IMG/VR virus record: IMGVR_UViG_2529293039_000014
Source of the DNA: a virus
Lineage: Duplodnaviria > Heunggongvirae > Uroviricota > Caudoviricetes
Strand: one strand, 5' to 3'
DNA: 20,633 bases
The notes below the pieces were generated by a model, which searched no databases, was not told the origin of the DNA, and was given only the letters and a program-made list of their open reading frames with translations. Below, piece by piece: positions 1 to 8,390 of this stretch. The number at the start of each line of letters is the position of its first letter. The stretch's first letter is position 1. Made by a program: the position numbers and the translations under genes.

Positions 1-648
1 ATGAAACACCGGACCTGGATCACTGAAGCTTTACGTCTTCACTTTGAAGAACATTTACCCCGGGTTGTGGCCGGGCGTCGCCTGGGTGTACCAAAATCAA
101 CAGTTTGTAGTATGTTCGTGCGCTTTCGGAGAGCTGGCCTTTCGTGGCCTTTGCCCGCAGGCATGTCGGAGCAGGAACTTGATGCCTGCCTTTACGGACA
201 ATTTTCCACGGTACCAGTCGTACGTCCTGAAAGCACCGTTATATCCGAAGCCCCCGTGGTAAAAAAACGTCCCCGGCGGCCCAACTTCCCTTATGAGTTT
301 AAAATCGCCTTAGTGGAGCAGTCACTGCAGCCCGGAGCCTGTGTGGCGCAGATCGCCCGGGAAAACGGAATCAACGATAACCTGCTCTTCAACTGGCGCC
401 ATCAATACCGGAAAGGTGGCCTGCTGCCTTCCGGAAAAAATATGCCGGCACTGCTTCCCGTGACGTTAACGCCGGAGCCGGATAATAAAATCCCGGCCCC
501 CGCACAGGAACCAGAGCAGATAAATACACCGTCCGACAGTCTGTGTTGTGAGCTGGTTCTGCCGGCCGGAACTCTCAGGCTTAAAGGTAAACTGACGCCG
601 GCGTTATTACAGACACTTATCCGCGAAATAAAAGGGAGCAGCCACTGA
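1..648 (+). CDS. tnpA: IS66-family accessory protein TnpA (orf1), with extra N-terminal HTH region; may be 5'-partial at the window edge
   Basis: 215 aa ORF; C-terminal half (YEFKIALVEQSLQPGACVAQIARENGINDNLLFNWRHQYRKG) matches the IS66 Orf1 HTH pattern from memory; stop overlaps tnpB start. Confidence 0.7.
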   Translation: MKHRTWITEALRLHFEEHLPRVVAGRRLGVPKSTVCSMFVRFRRAGLSWPLPAGMSEQELDACLYGQFSTVPVVRPESTVISEAPVVKKRPRRPNFPYEFKIALVEQSLQPGACVAQIARENGINDNLLFNWRHQYRKGGLLPSGKNMPALLPVTLTPEPDNKIPAPAQEPEQINTPSDSLCCELVLPAGTLRLKGKLTPALLQTLIREIKGSSH

Positions 649-995
649 TGATATCTCTCCCTGCAGGTTCGCGTATCTGGCTGGTTGCAGGTATCACCGA
701 TATGCGAAATGGCTTTAACGGCCTGGCATCAAAAGTTCAGAACGTCCTGAAGGATGACCCGTTCTCCGGACACCTGTTCATCTTCCGCGGACGCCGGGGT
801 GACCAGATAAAAGTGTTGTGGGCTGACAGTGACGGACTGTGCCTCTTCACCAAACGCCTGGAGCGGGGCCGCTTCGTCTGGCCAGTCACCCGTGACGGCA
901 AGGTGCACCTTACTCCGGCTCAGTTATCCATGCTTCTTGAAGGTATCAACTGGAAGCACCCGAAACGAACGGAACGCGCTGGAATCCGCATATAA
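648..995 (+). CDS. tnpB: IS66-family accessory protein TnpB (orf2)
   Basis: 115 aa; MISLPAGSRIWLVAGITDMRNGFNGLA...DQIKVLWADSDGLCLFTKRLERGRF is the conserved IS66 Orf2 signature; ATGA-coupled to tnpA. Confidence 0.85.
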   Translation: MISLPAGSRIWLVAGITDMRNGFNGLASKVQNVLKDDPFSGHLFIFRGRRGDQIKVLWADSDGLCLFTKRLERGRFVWPVTRDGKVHLTPAQLSMLLEGINWKHPKRTERAGIRI

Positions 996-1014
996 CCCGT
1001 TGTAAAGTGAGGAT

Positions 1015-2586
1015 ATGGACACCTCACTTGCTCATGAGAACGCCCGCCTGCGGGCACTGTTGCAGACGCAACAGGACACCATCCGCCAGATGGCTGAATA
1101 CAACCGCCTGCTCTCACAGCGGGTGGCGGCTTATGCTTCCGAAATCAACCGGCTGAAGGCGCTGGTTGCGAAACTGCAACGTATGCAGTTCGGTAAAAGC
1201 TCAGAAAAACTTCGTGCAAAAACCGAACGGCAGATACAGGAAGCACAGGAGCGAATCAGCGCACTTCAGGAAGAAATGGCGGAAACGCTGGGTGAGCAAT
1301 ATGACCCGGTACTGCCATCCGCCCTGCGCCAGTCTTCAGCCCGTAAACCGTTACCGGCCTCACTTCCCCGTGAAACCCGGGTTATCCGGCCGGAAGAGGA
1401 ATGCTGTCCTGCCTGTGGTGGTGAACTCAGTTCTCTGGGATGTGATGTGTCAGAGCAACTGGAGCTTATCAGCAGCGCCTTTAAGGTTATCGAAACACAA
1501 CGTCCGAAACAGGCCTGTTGCCGGTGCGACCATATCGTGCAGGCACCAGTACCTTCAAAACCCATTGCACGCAGTTATGCCGGAGCGGGGCTTCTGGCCC
1601 ATGTTGTCACCGGGAAATATGCAGACCATCTGCCGTTATACCGCCAGTCAGAAATATACCGTCGTCAGGGCGTGGAGCTGAGCCGTGCCACACTGGGGCG
1701 CTGGACAGGTGCTGTTGCTGAACTGCTGGAGCCGCTGTATGACGTCCTGCGCCAGTATGTGCTGATGCCCGGTAAAGTCCATGCTGATGATATCCCCGTC
1801 CCGGTCCAGGAGCCGGGCAGCGGTAAAACCCGGACAGCCCGGCTGTGGGTCTACGTCCGTGATGACCGTAACGCCGGTTCACAGATGCCCCCGGCGGTCT
1901 GGTTCGCGTACAGTCCGGACCGGAAAGGTATCCATCCACAAAATCACCTGGCCGGTTACAGCGGTGTGCTTCAGGCCGATGCTTACGGTGGTTACCGGGC
2001 GTTATACGAATCCGGCAGAATAACGGAAGCCGCGTGTATGGCTCATGCCCGGAGAAAAATCCACGATGTGCATGCAAGAGCGCCCACCTACATCACCACG
2101 GAAGCCCTGCAGCGTATCGGTGAACTGTATGCCATCGAGGCAGAGGTCCGGTGCTGTTCAGCAGAACAGCGTCTGGCGGCAAGAAAAGCCAGAGCCGCGC
2201 CACTGATGCAGTCACTGTATGACTGGATACAGCAACAGATGAAAACACTGTCGCGTCACTCAGATACGGCAAAAGCGTTCGCATACCTGCTGAAACAGTG
2301 GGATGCACTGAACGTGTACTGCAGTAATGGCTGGGTGGAAATCGACAACAACATCGCAGAGAACGCCTTACGGGGAGTGGCCGTAGGCCGGAAAAACTGG
2401 ATGTTCGCGGGTTCCGACAGCGGTGGTGAACATGCGGCGGTGTTGTACTCGCTGATCGGCACATGCCGTCTGAACAATGTGGAGCCAGAAAAGTGGCTGC
2501 GTTACGTCATTGAACATATCCAGGACTGGCCGGCAAACCGGGTACGCGATCTGTTGCCCTGGAAAGTTGATCTGAGCTCTCAGTAA
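1015..2586 (+). CDS. tnpC: IS66-family transposase TnpC (orf3, DDE type with N-terminal coiled coil and Cys-rich zinc-binding motif)
   Basis: 523 aa; leucine-rich N-terminal coiled coil, CPACGG...CCRCDH cysteine cluster, then long catalytic region; size and order typical of IS66 TnpC. Confidence 0.85.
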   Translation: MDTSLAHENARLRALLQTQQDTIRQMAEYNRLLSQRVAAYASEINRLKALVAKLQRMQFGKSSEKLRAKTERQIQEAQERISALQEEMAETLGEQYDPVLPSALRQSSARKPLPASLPRETRVIRPEEECCPACGGELSSLGCDVSEQLELISSAFKVIETQRPKQACCRCDHIVQAPVPSKPIARSYAGAGLLAHVVTGKYADHLPLYRQSEIYRRQGVELSRATLGRWTGAVAELLEPLYDVLRQYVLMPGKVHADDIPVPVQEPGSGKTRTARLWVYVRDDRNAGSQMPPAVWFAYSPDRKGIHPQNHLAGYSGVLQADAYGGYRALYESGRITEAACMAHARRKIHDVHARAPTYITTEALQRIGELYAIEAEVRCCSAEQRLAARKARAAPLMQSLYDWIQQQMKTLSRHSDTAKAFAYLLKQWDALNVYCSNGWVEIDNNIAENALRGVAVGRKNWMFAGSDSGGEHAAVLYSLIGTCRLNNVEPEKWLRYVIEHIQDWPANRVRDLLPWKVDLSSQ

Positions 2587-2612
2587 ATATCAATACGGTT
2601 CTGACGAGTCGC

Positions 2613-3500
2613 TTACCGCTTTTTCTCCGCAGTGATAATGCCGCTGCAGTGCGGGCAAAGTAGATACGCCGCCTCACTGGCTTTAAAGGGATCCGGTTCA
2701 TTACGGTAGCCGGTCATGGCATCCATGGCTGGCTGAAAATATTCACCGCAGTGCGGACATGGCCAGTACCAGCGGCGGCGGTCACCACGATTGTAAAGGG
2801 AAAGAATACCAGTCGTCGGTGGCGCTTCATGAGGCGACTTACGTCGCCATTTGCTGTCGCAGATGTCACGTCCCGGCGAGCTCTCCACCAGAGTCATCCC
2901 GGAGGACATAAATGTGGTGGTACGTTTTGAGGCCAGGGAGAAACCATCACCCTCGCTGTCGATATTCTCCGGAAAACGGTCGTAATCGGTTAAGGCGACA
3001 AACCGGTAATCCGACGACGACATAATGTTGACCGAGGGCCAACCAATTTTAAGGAACGAGCCATCCCTGAACGTCTTATCATGGACATTATTGTCATTAC
3101 GACGTGGACTCATTCTTTTCTTTACCGCCGCACTGCTTCTGAACGTTCTGTCGAGGCGCTTTTTTGAATGCTCGCGGGCCTTATCTTCGGTCATCTGCAC
3201 AACGAGCATGTCCGAAGGATCGCAAACGATGGTATAGACAATCCATCCATCGATCAGACCAATGGTCTTCCCTGTTCGCGCAGGACCAACAAAAATCACC
3301 GCATCGTATTCACGCGATGCCAGGCAGTTCATGGGCTCAATGATGTAGGGTGTCAGTTCAGGATCCCATGGCACCGAGTTACCAGCCCCCTTGGGAACAC
3401 GCATGAATTTTTTAACAGCCTCCGAAATCGGCATGCGACGTGGTGGAGAAAATCCTGCCGATATGTCCCTTCCCAAATTTCGGGCTGATGAAAAACCCAT
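2613..3500 (-). pseudogene. Phage terminase large subunit (lambda gpA-like), N-terminal ~295 codons only; interrupted by the IS66 insertion
   Basis: Walker-A-like VGPARTGKT and CPHCGEYF / CPHCSG cysteine motifs as in the lambda gpA N-terminal ATPase region; the reading frame runs into the IS66 terminus and its TAA stop (2613-2615) is supplied by IS-end sequence. Start ATG 3498-3500 is preceded by AGGAGG overlapping the upstream stop. Confidence 0.75.
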
Positions 3501-3508
3501 TATTCCTC

Positions 3509-4036
3509 CTAGAGACTCTCTCCTTCCTCATCAGGAATTAATTCAGCAGCACAAGCCTCGTAGGATTTTTCCTGAAGAGTGTATCGCAGGTCATCAATGG
3601 CCTGCTGTACAACGCCAACGGCCTGAGGAGTCAGGGCGCAATCGCGTTCAAGAACATCCGGAATTGTCTCCAGAACCTGGACGACAGCCTTTCTCATGGA
3701 CGAATAGACGATGACTACTTCATCAACGGGGATGAGTTTTCGCTGCTCCTTTTCCAGCTTGATCCTTTCATTTTCAGACTGGTACCAGTCCTTTCTCTCT
3801 TTCGGCTCCATACGGGATGGATCATGAACAGAGTCTGCTGCCTCATGCTTCACACTAAACAGGGCTGGCCCGACATGCTGCAGGGCGTAAACGGGGTTCC
3901 CCCTGACAGTCGCAGCCACAGGAGTGTTGGCCGCGAGAAGCCGTTTTTTTACTGTGTCCCGGTGAAGCCCAAAGGCCTCAGCGATTTTAAAAACACTCCA
4001 GTAATAAGCATCACCGATCCCGCTCACATTTGACAT
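3509..4036 (-). CDS. Phage terminase small subunit (Nu1-like, N-terminal winged HTH)
   Basis: Lies immediately upstream of the large terminase gene on the same strand; N-terminus SGIGDAYYWSVFKIAEAFGLHRDTVKKRL is Nu1-like. Start chosen at ATG 4034-4036 (GGAG six nt upstream) rather than the longest-ORF ATG at 4066. Confidence 0.65.
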   Translation of the reverse strand: MSNVSGIGDAYYWSVFKIAEAFGLHRDTVKKRLLAANTPVAATVRGNPVYALQHVGPALFSVKHEAADSVHDPSRMEPKERKDWYQSENERIKLEKEQRKLIPVDEVVIVYSSMRKAVVQVLETIPDVLERDCALTPQAVGVVQQAIDDLRYTLQEKSYEACAAELIPDEEGESL

Positions 4037-4213
4037 AAGCAACTCCATCTGGCAGGTGAAAATCATGTTTATTTATATATTTCAATTAATTGTAAACTGG
4101 TCTAATGACAGGGAGAAAAAAATATTGTACAGGTAAAAAGAGAAATAACTTTTAATTATCAATAAATTACCAAACATGCTGCCGCCGCCATGGAAATGCA
4201 AAAACTAGCCTTT

Positions 4214-4238
4214 TTCCGCGACGCTCCCGCCCCGTGGC
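4214..4238 (-). other. Candidate cohesive-end site (cosN-like)
   Basis: Minus-strand sequence ACGGGGCGGGAGCGTCGCGGA resembles the lambda cosN region ACGGGGCGGCGACCTCGCGGG recalled from memory (about 16 of 20 positions). It lies about 190 bp upstream of the Nu1-like start, the same spacing as in lambda, with an AT-rich stretch (4067-4180) between, where cosB and IHF sites would sit. Confidence 0.35.
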
Positions 4239-4499
4239 AGGCCACCCCACCGGAAGGACCCGCCAAAATGAGAGTGATTATCACCATTGCTGATGAATAA
4301 ATTGATGAAAATCATTGAAACGCCTTTCAGCAAGATAACGGCGACGGTCGTTGTTGAACTCCGTAGCTCTGCTACTAAGGTTAAAAGCATGGCCATCTTT
4401 TGCCACCGGCAAATCTTCAATGGATTTCCCCTGCCGGTTTTTTATTCCTCACATTATCGCAGCCCCTCAGTGAAGGGCTGCTGTAATGCCTGCTCTTAC

Positions 4500-4862
4500 T
4501 CAGTAACGACCGCGCCTTCCGGTAATTTCATACCGGCAAATACCGGACAGCCCGGGGATCGTTATCTGCAGCTGGTTAGCCAGGGAGTTAATCTCAGCGA
4601 CCAACACTGGCTTCGTATAGCGCCATGCCGCCAGCCCTTGTCCACAGAAGCTCGCCATATCTTTTTTCTGATCAAACTCATGACACTTCATATTGAGCTG
4701 CGCACTTAAGCTGTTGCGATGCTGAAGTTCTCCGGTGAAGTAGTCATCCAGGACTTTATAGGCTGCATATTTAAATCCGGGGTTTAGCCATGCTGCATAA
4801 TCATAAGCAACAAACTTCCCGCCATATGTTCCACCGTGTACACCGCGCTCAGTAAAAACCAC
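4500..4862 (-). CDS. Hypothetical phage protein, possibly a KilA-N-like DNA-binding domain remnant (GTG start only)
   Basis: 120 codons between Rz and cos. Motif GTYGGKFVAYDYAAWLNPGFKYAAYKV resembles the KilA-N/APSES core, but only 8 residues precede it and the only in-frame start at the 5' end is GTG with weak SD, so it may be truncated or poorly expressed. Confidence 0.4.
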   Translation of the reverse strand: MVFTERGVHGGTYGGKFVAYDYAAWLNPGFKYAAYKVLDDYFTGELQHRNSLSAQLNMKCHEFDQKKDMASFCGQGLAAWRYTKPVLVAEINSLANQLQITIPGLSGICRYEITGRRGRY

Positions 4863-4883
4863 AGATTCGTGTTTTTTCTCCAG

Positions 4884-5351
4884 CTACTTAATGCGCTGGG
4901 TGCGGATATATTCCTGCGCCCCTTCCAGTTGCTTCTGCATCGTCATCAACCGTTCTCTGAGGGTGAAATAATCCCGTTCAGCGGTGTCTGCCAGTCGGGG
5001 GCTGGTTGCATTATCCATGCTGGTGGGTCCGGTGGCTTCACGCACGGCTGCGGAGCAACTGGCATTGACCCGCAGGCGCTTACGACCAGCGGCAACATCA
5101 GCGCGCAGAGTTTCATTTTCAGTTTTCGCATCGGCTAACTCCTTCGTGTATTTTGCATCGATCGCAGCAACATCACGCTGACGCTGCTGCATGTCAGCGA
5201 TGGTGGCGGTCGCCTGCTTCAGCTCACTGACTTTTTTATCACGCTGTTCTTTGTAGGCGATGGCGTTATCACGGTAATGATTAACAGCCCATGACAGGCA
5301 GGCGATAATGCAGATAACCAGAGCGGAGATAATAACGGTTACCCTGCTCAT
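4884..5351 (-). CDS. Rz: Rz i-spanin (inner-membrane spanin subunit)
   Basis: [34 protein letters not shown]...[20 protein letters not shown] is near-identical in pattern to lambda/phage-21 Rz. Start ATG 5349-5351 overlaps the endolysin stop (ATGA); the ORF-track start at 5363 is an upstream GTG. Confidence 0.9.
   Translation of the reverse strand: MSRVTVIISALVICIIACLSWAVNHYRDNAIAYKEQRDKKVSELKQATATIADMQQRQRDVAAIDAKYTKELADAKTENETLRADVAAGRKRLRVNASCSAAVREATGPTSMDNATSPRLADTAERDYFTLRERLMTMQKQLEGAQEYIRTQRIK
4946..5131 (-). CDS. Rz1: Rz1 o-spanin (outer-membrane lipoprotein), embedded in the +1 frame of Rz
   Basis: 61 aa entirely within Rz; lipobox LVVSAC followed by proline-rich [27 protein letters not shown], matching lambda Rz1. 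Confidence 0.85.
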   Translation of the reverse strand: MRKLKMKLCALMLPLVVSACGSMPVAPQPCVKPPDPPAWIMQPAPDWQTPLNGIISPSENG

Positions 5352-5845
5352 TGTTGCCCCCACAAACAGACTTCACGCTCAATCTCGCGGCGAGTCATCA
5401 GCCCTTTCCATTGCTTACCGCCAGCGTATGTCCAGCGCCGTAGCTGATCACATGCGCCTTTGATATCGCCCTGGTTTATTTTGCGAAGAAGCGTCGATGT
5501 TCTGAAATTGCCAGCGCCCACGTTGTAAACGAACGAGTAAAGAGCGCCGCGCGTTGTTTCCGGTATATCGACGTTGATGTACGGGTTAATTTGTCTGGCG
5601 ACCGTGGCAAGGTCTTTATTCAGGAGGGCTTTGCATTCTGCTTCGGTATACGTTTTACCGAGCATAATGTCTTTTCCGGTGTGCCCGTAACATACAGTCC
5701 ATACACCAACGATATCTTTATATGGTATGTAGCTGACGCCTTCCAGACCATCGTTACCACTTGGGCCAGTGATTAACACAGATGCTATAGCAATAGCCCC
5801 GCCACCAATAGCCGCAGCAACGGCTTTTCGTAATGATGGAGGCAT
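5348..5845 (-). CDS. R: SAR endolysin (phage-21 R-type, T4-lysozyme fold, GH24)
   Basis: 165 aa; N-terminal signal-anchor-release segment [21 protein letters not shown], then lysozyme domain; matches R21 from memory; TAATG-coupled to the holin gene. Confidence 0.9.
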   Translation of the reverse strand: MPPSLRKAVAAAIGGGAIAIASVLITGPSGNDGLEGVSYIPYKDIVGVWTVCYGHTGKDIMLGKTYTEAECKALLNKDLATVARQINPYINVDIPETTRGALYSFVYNVGAGNFRTSTLLRKINQGDIKGACDQLRRWTYAGGKQWKGLMTRREIEREVCLWGQQ

Positions 5846-6060
5846 TATTCACCTCTCGCAGCCTTACGCTTGTCTTCTCTGATTTTGAAGTACAGATTTG
5901 TCAGGTAAGTCAGAAAGCCCAGAACCAGACTTCCCAGCACACCAATCGCAGCCCACTGTGACGGACTGACCTGATCAAGCCACTGTAAAAACCAGTAGCC
6001 AGCACTACCAGCGGATGTTCCGTAGGCAATGCCAGTAGAGATTTTGTCCATTGATTTCAT
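5845..6060 (-). CDS. S: Pinholin/antiholin (phage-21 S21-type class II holin with dual-start motif)
   Basis: 71 aa [63 protein letters not shown] matches S21; dual starts M1 and M4 (S71 antiholin, S68 holin); GGAGG SD upstream. Confidence 0.9.
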   Translation of the reverse strand: MKSMDKISTGIAYGTSAGSAGYWFLQWLDQVSPSQWAAIGVLGSLVLGFLTYLTNLYFKIREDKRKAARGE

Positions 6061-6179
6061 AGCAACGCCTCCGCCAGTAACGGATTGCGTAGTTCTTATA
6101 TTGGGAAGGGGAAAAAAGAAGGCCGCAGCGTAACTATCACTAATAAATTCAGGACAGCCAGTGGCTACGGCTCAGTTTG

Positions 6180-6227
6180 GGTTGTGGCGGCCGGAATCGA
6201 ACCGGCTTCCATCGGTGCGCTGCCGAT
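6180..6227 (-). other. tRNA-like 3' half (anticodon-arm-like stem, 4-nt variable loop, canonical T-arm, acceptor 3' strand); not a complete tRNA
   Basis: Minus strand reads ATCGG-CAGCGCA-CCGAT GGAA GCCGG-TTCGATT-CCGGC CGCCACA A CC. The T-arm is canonical, but no 5' acceptor/D-arm lies at the correct distance and the anticodon-loop positions 33 and 37 are non-canonical. A D-arm-like segment with a complementary TGTGGTG sits about 56 nt further upstream (6284-6307). Confidence 0.35.
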
Positions 6228-6384
6228 TGCAGTACGCGCGGCGGTCAGCTATATGACTAGTATTTTCACTATCGCCTATCTGCTAGCTCGCCATTGAGCT
6301 TCACCACAACGATAAGAGCACTGCGCGGCACCTTTCACCAATTCCGCGAGGTCTGCGGGTTCAATGCTCTTACCTGTTGTGCAG

Positions 6385-6421
6385 AAAAAAAACCACACGG
6401 CAGCGAGTTTAAGCTGTGTGG
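6385..6421 (-). terminator. Rho-independent terminator (minus strand)
   Basis: Minus-strand RNA forms a GC-rich hairpin CCACACAGC...GCUGCCGUGUGG followed directly by a U8 tract (plus-strand A8 at 6385-6392). Confidence 0.6.
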
Positions 6422-6512
6422 CGAAGTTACCTCTCTTCACCAAGTATTCGGTAATAAAATAACTTGTGGTGTTCTCGTTTTTATGCCGATAAAATAAACG
6501 GTCCACTTTCAA

Positions 6513-7445
6513 ATGGAGCGATTCATGATTTTTCTCAGAACTGAAAACGGCATCGAGAAACTTGAAAACTGGGAGGAAATTATATCCAGACCAAACTTTG
6601 TCACCACTATAGACAAAGGAGTTCAACAACTTGAGGAGATAATTGGTTACTACAAATTTAAAGAAGAAATCCACTGTGGTCTAACTGGTTGCAACCAACC
6701 ACATCAAATGGGTTATATTGTAAAAACATCTAGTGGCATTGAAACCAACATCGGAAATAAATGTGGTAAAAACGAATTTGGTGTGGAATTTGGTGAAAAC
6801 GTTCTTAGTTTCAATAAATTTATGCAACTCGAAACCAATCGGGAAATTATTAGCACCGCAAAAAGTAAATGTGAAGCGTGGCAAAAAAATATTGAAACGA
6901 TACGAAATATCAAACCCACAATAGATTATCTATCTTCTACCATCGAAAATAGTAAAAATTCCAATTACTCCGGAAGACTTGGTGCTACAGAAATTCGTTT
7001 TTTGACCAAGAACCAGACAGGCCTTGTAACCCTTTCTGAAGTGGAAACTGATAAGAATACCAAAACAATTCTGTTCGCAATGAATGAACACATGCGCGAG
7101 TCTGGAGAGGCAATAAGTGAATTCTACATAGGAAAAGTATCATTTAGTCATGTTCTTTTACCAGAAAACAATCTTCGTGATTTTTTTGTTGCGCTCAAAG
7201 AAGATCTAAAAAAAATTCAGTGTATTGATCTACAAACAGCCCCAAGCCCAGAAATTTCTAATGTTGCCAAAATTGCCAGTTCAATCGAAGAACGAATCAA
7301 GCGATTAAAAAAACTGAAACATGAAGCCAGTAAATTCCTAACTAAAAAAAATCTGCGTCCCATCGCAAACAAAATAAAATACTCATCGACAGCGGATGAA
7401 CTTGAATTCCATAATTTCGAACGCTTTTTAAAAGGGCTGAAATGA
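6513..7445 (+). CDS. Orphan AT-rich moron gene, hypothetical protein of unknown function (~306-310 aa)
   Basis: Long ORF antisense to the surrounding late genes, markedly lower G+C than the flanking phage genes by eye, with its own SD (GGAG six nt before the in-frame ATG at 6525, likely the true start) and a hairpin terminator straight after its stop. No family-specific motif recognised. Confidence 0.65.
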   Translation: MERFMIFLRTENGIEKLENWEEIISRPNFVTTIDKGVQQLEEIIGYYKFKEEIHCGLTGCNQPHQMGYIVKTSSGIETNIGNKCGKNEFGVEFGENVLSFNKFMQLETNREIISTAKSKCEAWQKNIETIRNIKPTIDYLSSTIENSKNSNYSGRLGATEIRFLTKNQTGLVTLSEVETDKNTKTILFAMNEHMRESGEAISEFYIGKVSFSHVLLPENNLRDFFVALKEDLKKIQCIDLQTAPSPEISNVAKIASSIEERIKRLKKLKHEASKFLTKKNLRPIANKIKYSSTADELEFHNFERFLKGLK

Positions 7446-7446
7446 T

Positions 7447-7478
7447 AAAAGCCCCGAAAGGGGCTTCTATCAAAATCA
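7447..7478. terminator. Bidirectional hairpin terminator (tR'-like for the minus strand; 3' end of the moron on the plus strand)
   Basis: AAGCCCC-GAAA-GGGGCTT stem-loop; on the minus strand it is followed by UUUUAUCAUUU, on the plus strand by a weaker U-containing tract. Confidence 0.55.
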
Positions 7479-7559
7479 TTTACGCATTATTCCGCATGCT
7501 TAAAAGAATACATGACAGATTCGGACAAAATCAAGTGCAATGTCGCAAAAACCCTAAGC

Positions 7560-8390
7560 TTAGTTCACATCATCACCAAAACTTGTCACATTCTGAAAAG
7601 CAATATCGGCCTTACGCTCTTCCTGGTGGCAAATGTCAACCAGAGAATCAAGAAACGGCTTCCAATTACGCGTCCATGTCCTGACATGTAGCTCGGGTAT
7701 CCGCTTCAGTACAACTTTATATACTGTGGTAGACGGTACCGTGGAAAATCCATTTCCGCTGCAACGTTCGCAGATTTTAAACACTGGCACACCACGCTCG
7801 CTTGTGGCTTTGCGGTCCAGTACCTCTCCCTTTCCACCACAACGACACCTGGCACTTATCACTCCCTTCCCTTTACATACATCGCAAACGACTGGTACAA
7901 CTTCCGTTACCTCTGTCCATTTCTCCCAGTCTGACGGTCGAACAGCACGGGAGCGACTGGCCCAATATGGTGCTTTACCCCATGGGTATGAAACCTTACG
8001 AATGACCTGCTTACGGGGTGTTAGTCCGGTACCACTGCAACTATGGCATGTTACGCTGGTGTCCGCCGATCGGGAATACTCAGCAAAAGCAAACTGCGCC
8101 AGTACCAGCATACACCAGCCAAATTCACCACCAGCTGCTTTACGCACATTCTTCGGTGCAATTTCCATCGCGTGACGCGCCAGCGCTTGGACTGCCATCT
8201 GCTCATCAGTCTTGCTGATACCGGCCTTCCCGAAGAAGGCCGCCAAGCCAAACCGTTCACGATTGCTGGTGGTACCAATAGCCGCCATAACATCGGTGCC
8301 TGTAAGACGTTCCGGAGAGGTTCCTTTCACATCGTCGCCGATATACATTCCCTGAGGACTGAAGTATTTTAGCGATGCCTCAAGCTTCAT
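7560..8390 (-). CDS. Putative late-gene antiterminator (Q-like), with four DnaJ-type CxxCxGxG zinc-finger repeats
   Basis: Occupies the Q position (last gene before a terminator and the lysis cassette, downstream of the replication module). Contains CHSCSGTG, CDVCKGKG, CRCGGKG and CERCSGNG repeats. The function is inferred from position only. Confidence 0.45.
   Translation of the reverse strand: MKLEASLKYFSPQGMYIGDDVKGTSPERLTGTDVMAAIGTTSNRERFGLAAFFGKAGISKTDEQMAVQALARHAMEIAPKNVRKAAGGEFGWCMLVLAQFAFAEYSRSADTSVTCHSCSGTGLTPRKQVIRKVSYPWGKAPYWASRSRAVRPSDWEKWTEVTEVVPVVCDVCKGKGVISARCRCGGKGEVLDRKATSERGVPVFKICERCSGNGFSTVPSTTVYKVVLKRIPELHVRTWTRNWKPFLDSLVDICHQEERKADIAFQNVTSFGDDVN

Larger units (their letters stand above)
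1..2616 (+). mobile_element. IS66-family insertion sequence; right terminus in window, left terminus presumably upstream of window start
   Basis: Three co-directional ORFs in the canonical IS66 order (accessory A, accessory B, DDE transposase C) with an ATGA stop/start overlap at 646-650. Read on the minus strand, 2610-2616 gives GTAAGCG, the terminal motif typical of IS66-family inverted repeats. The element abuts and truncates a minus-strand phage terminase gene exactly at 2616/2617. Confidence 0.8.

Noticed and set aside
4459..4481. Intrinsic terminator after the 120-codon ORF (GCAGCCC...GGGCTGC hairpin)
   Set aside because: No U-tract follows the hairpin on either strand; it may be a cosQ-associated or structural hairpin but cannot be called a terminator.
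6170..6310. A complete, functional tRNA gene on the minus strand
   Set aside because: Only the T-arm and acceptor 3' strand are canonical. The acceptor 5' strand/D-arm is not at the correct distance, and the putative anticodon loop has A at position 33 and C at 37. Reported instead as a tRNA remnant.
6276..6674. 132-aa minus-strand ORF spanning the tRNA remnant and the moron start
   Set aside because: It overlaps the tRNA-like element, two terminator/hairpin structures and the moron coding region in antisense, with no SD; most likely a chance open frame in AT-rich DNA.
7633..8372. Plus-strand ORFs of 109-180 aa antisense to the Q-like gene (7633-8175, 8043-8372 and others)
   Set aside because: They lie wholly inside a better-supported minus-strand gene, lack SD sequences and have Pro/Ser/Thr-rich low-complexity translations typical of antisense frames.
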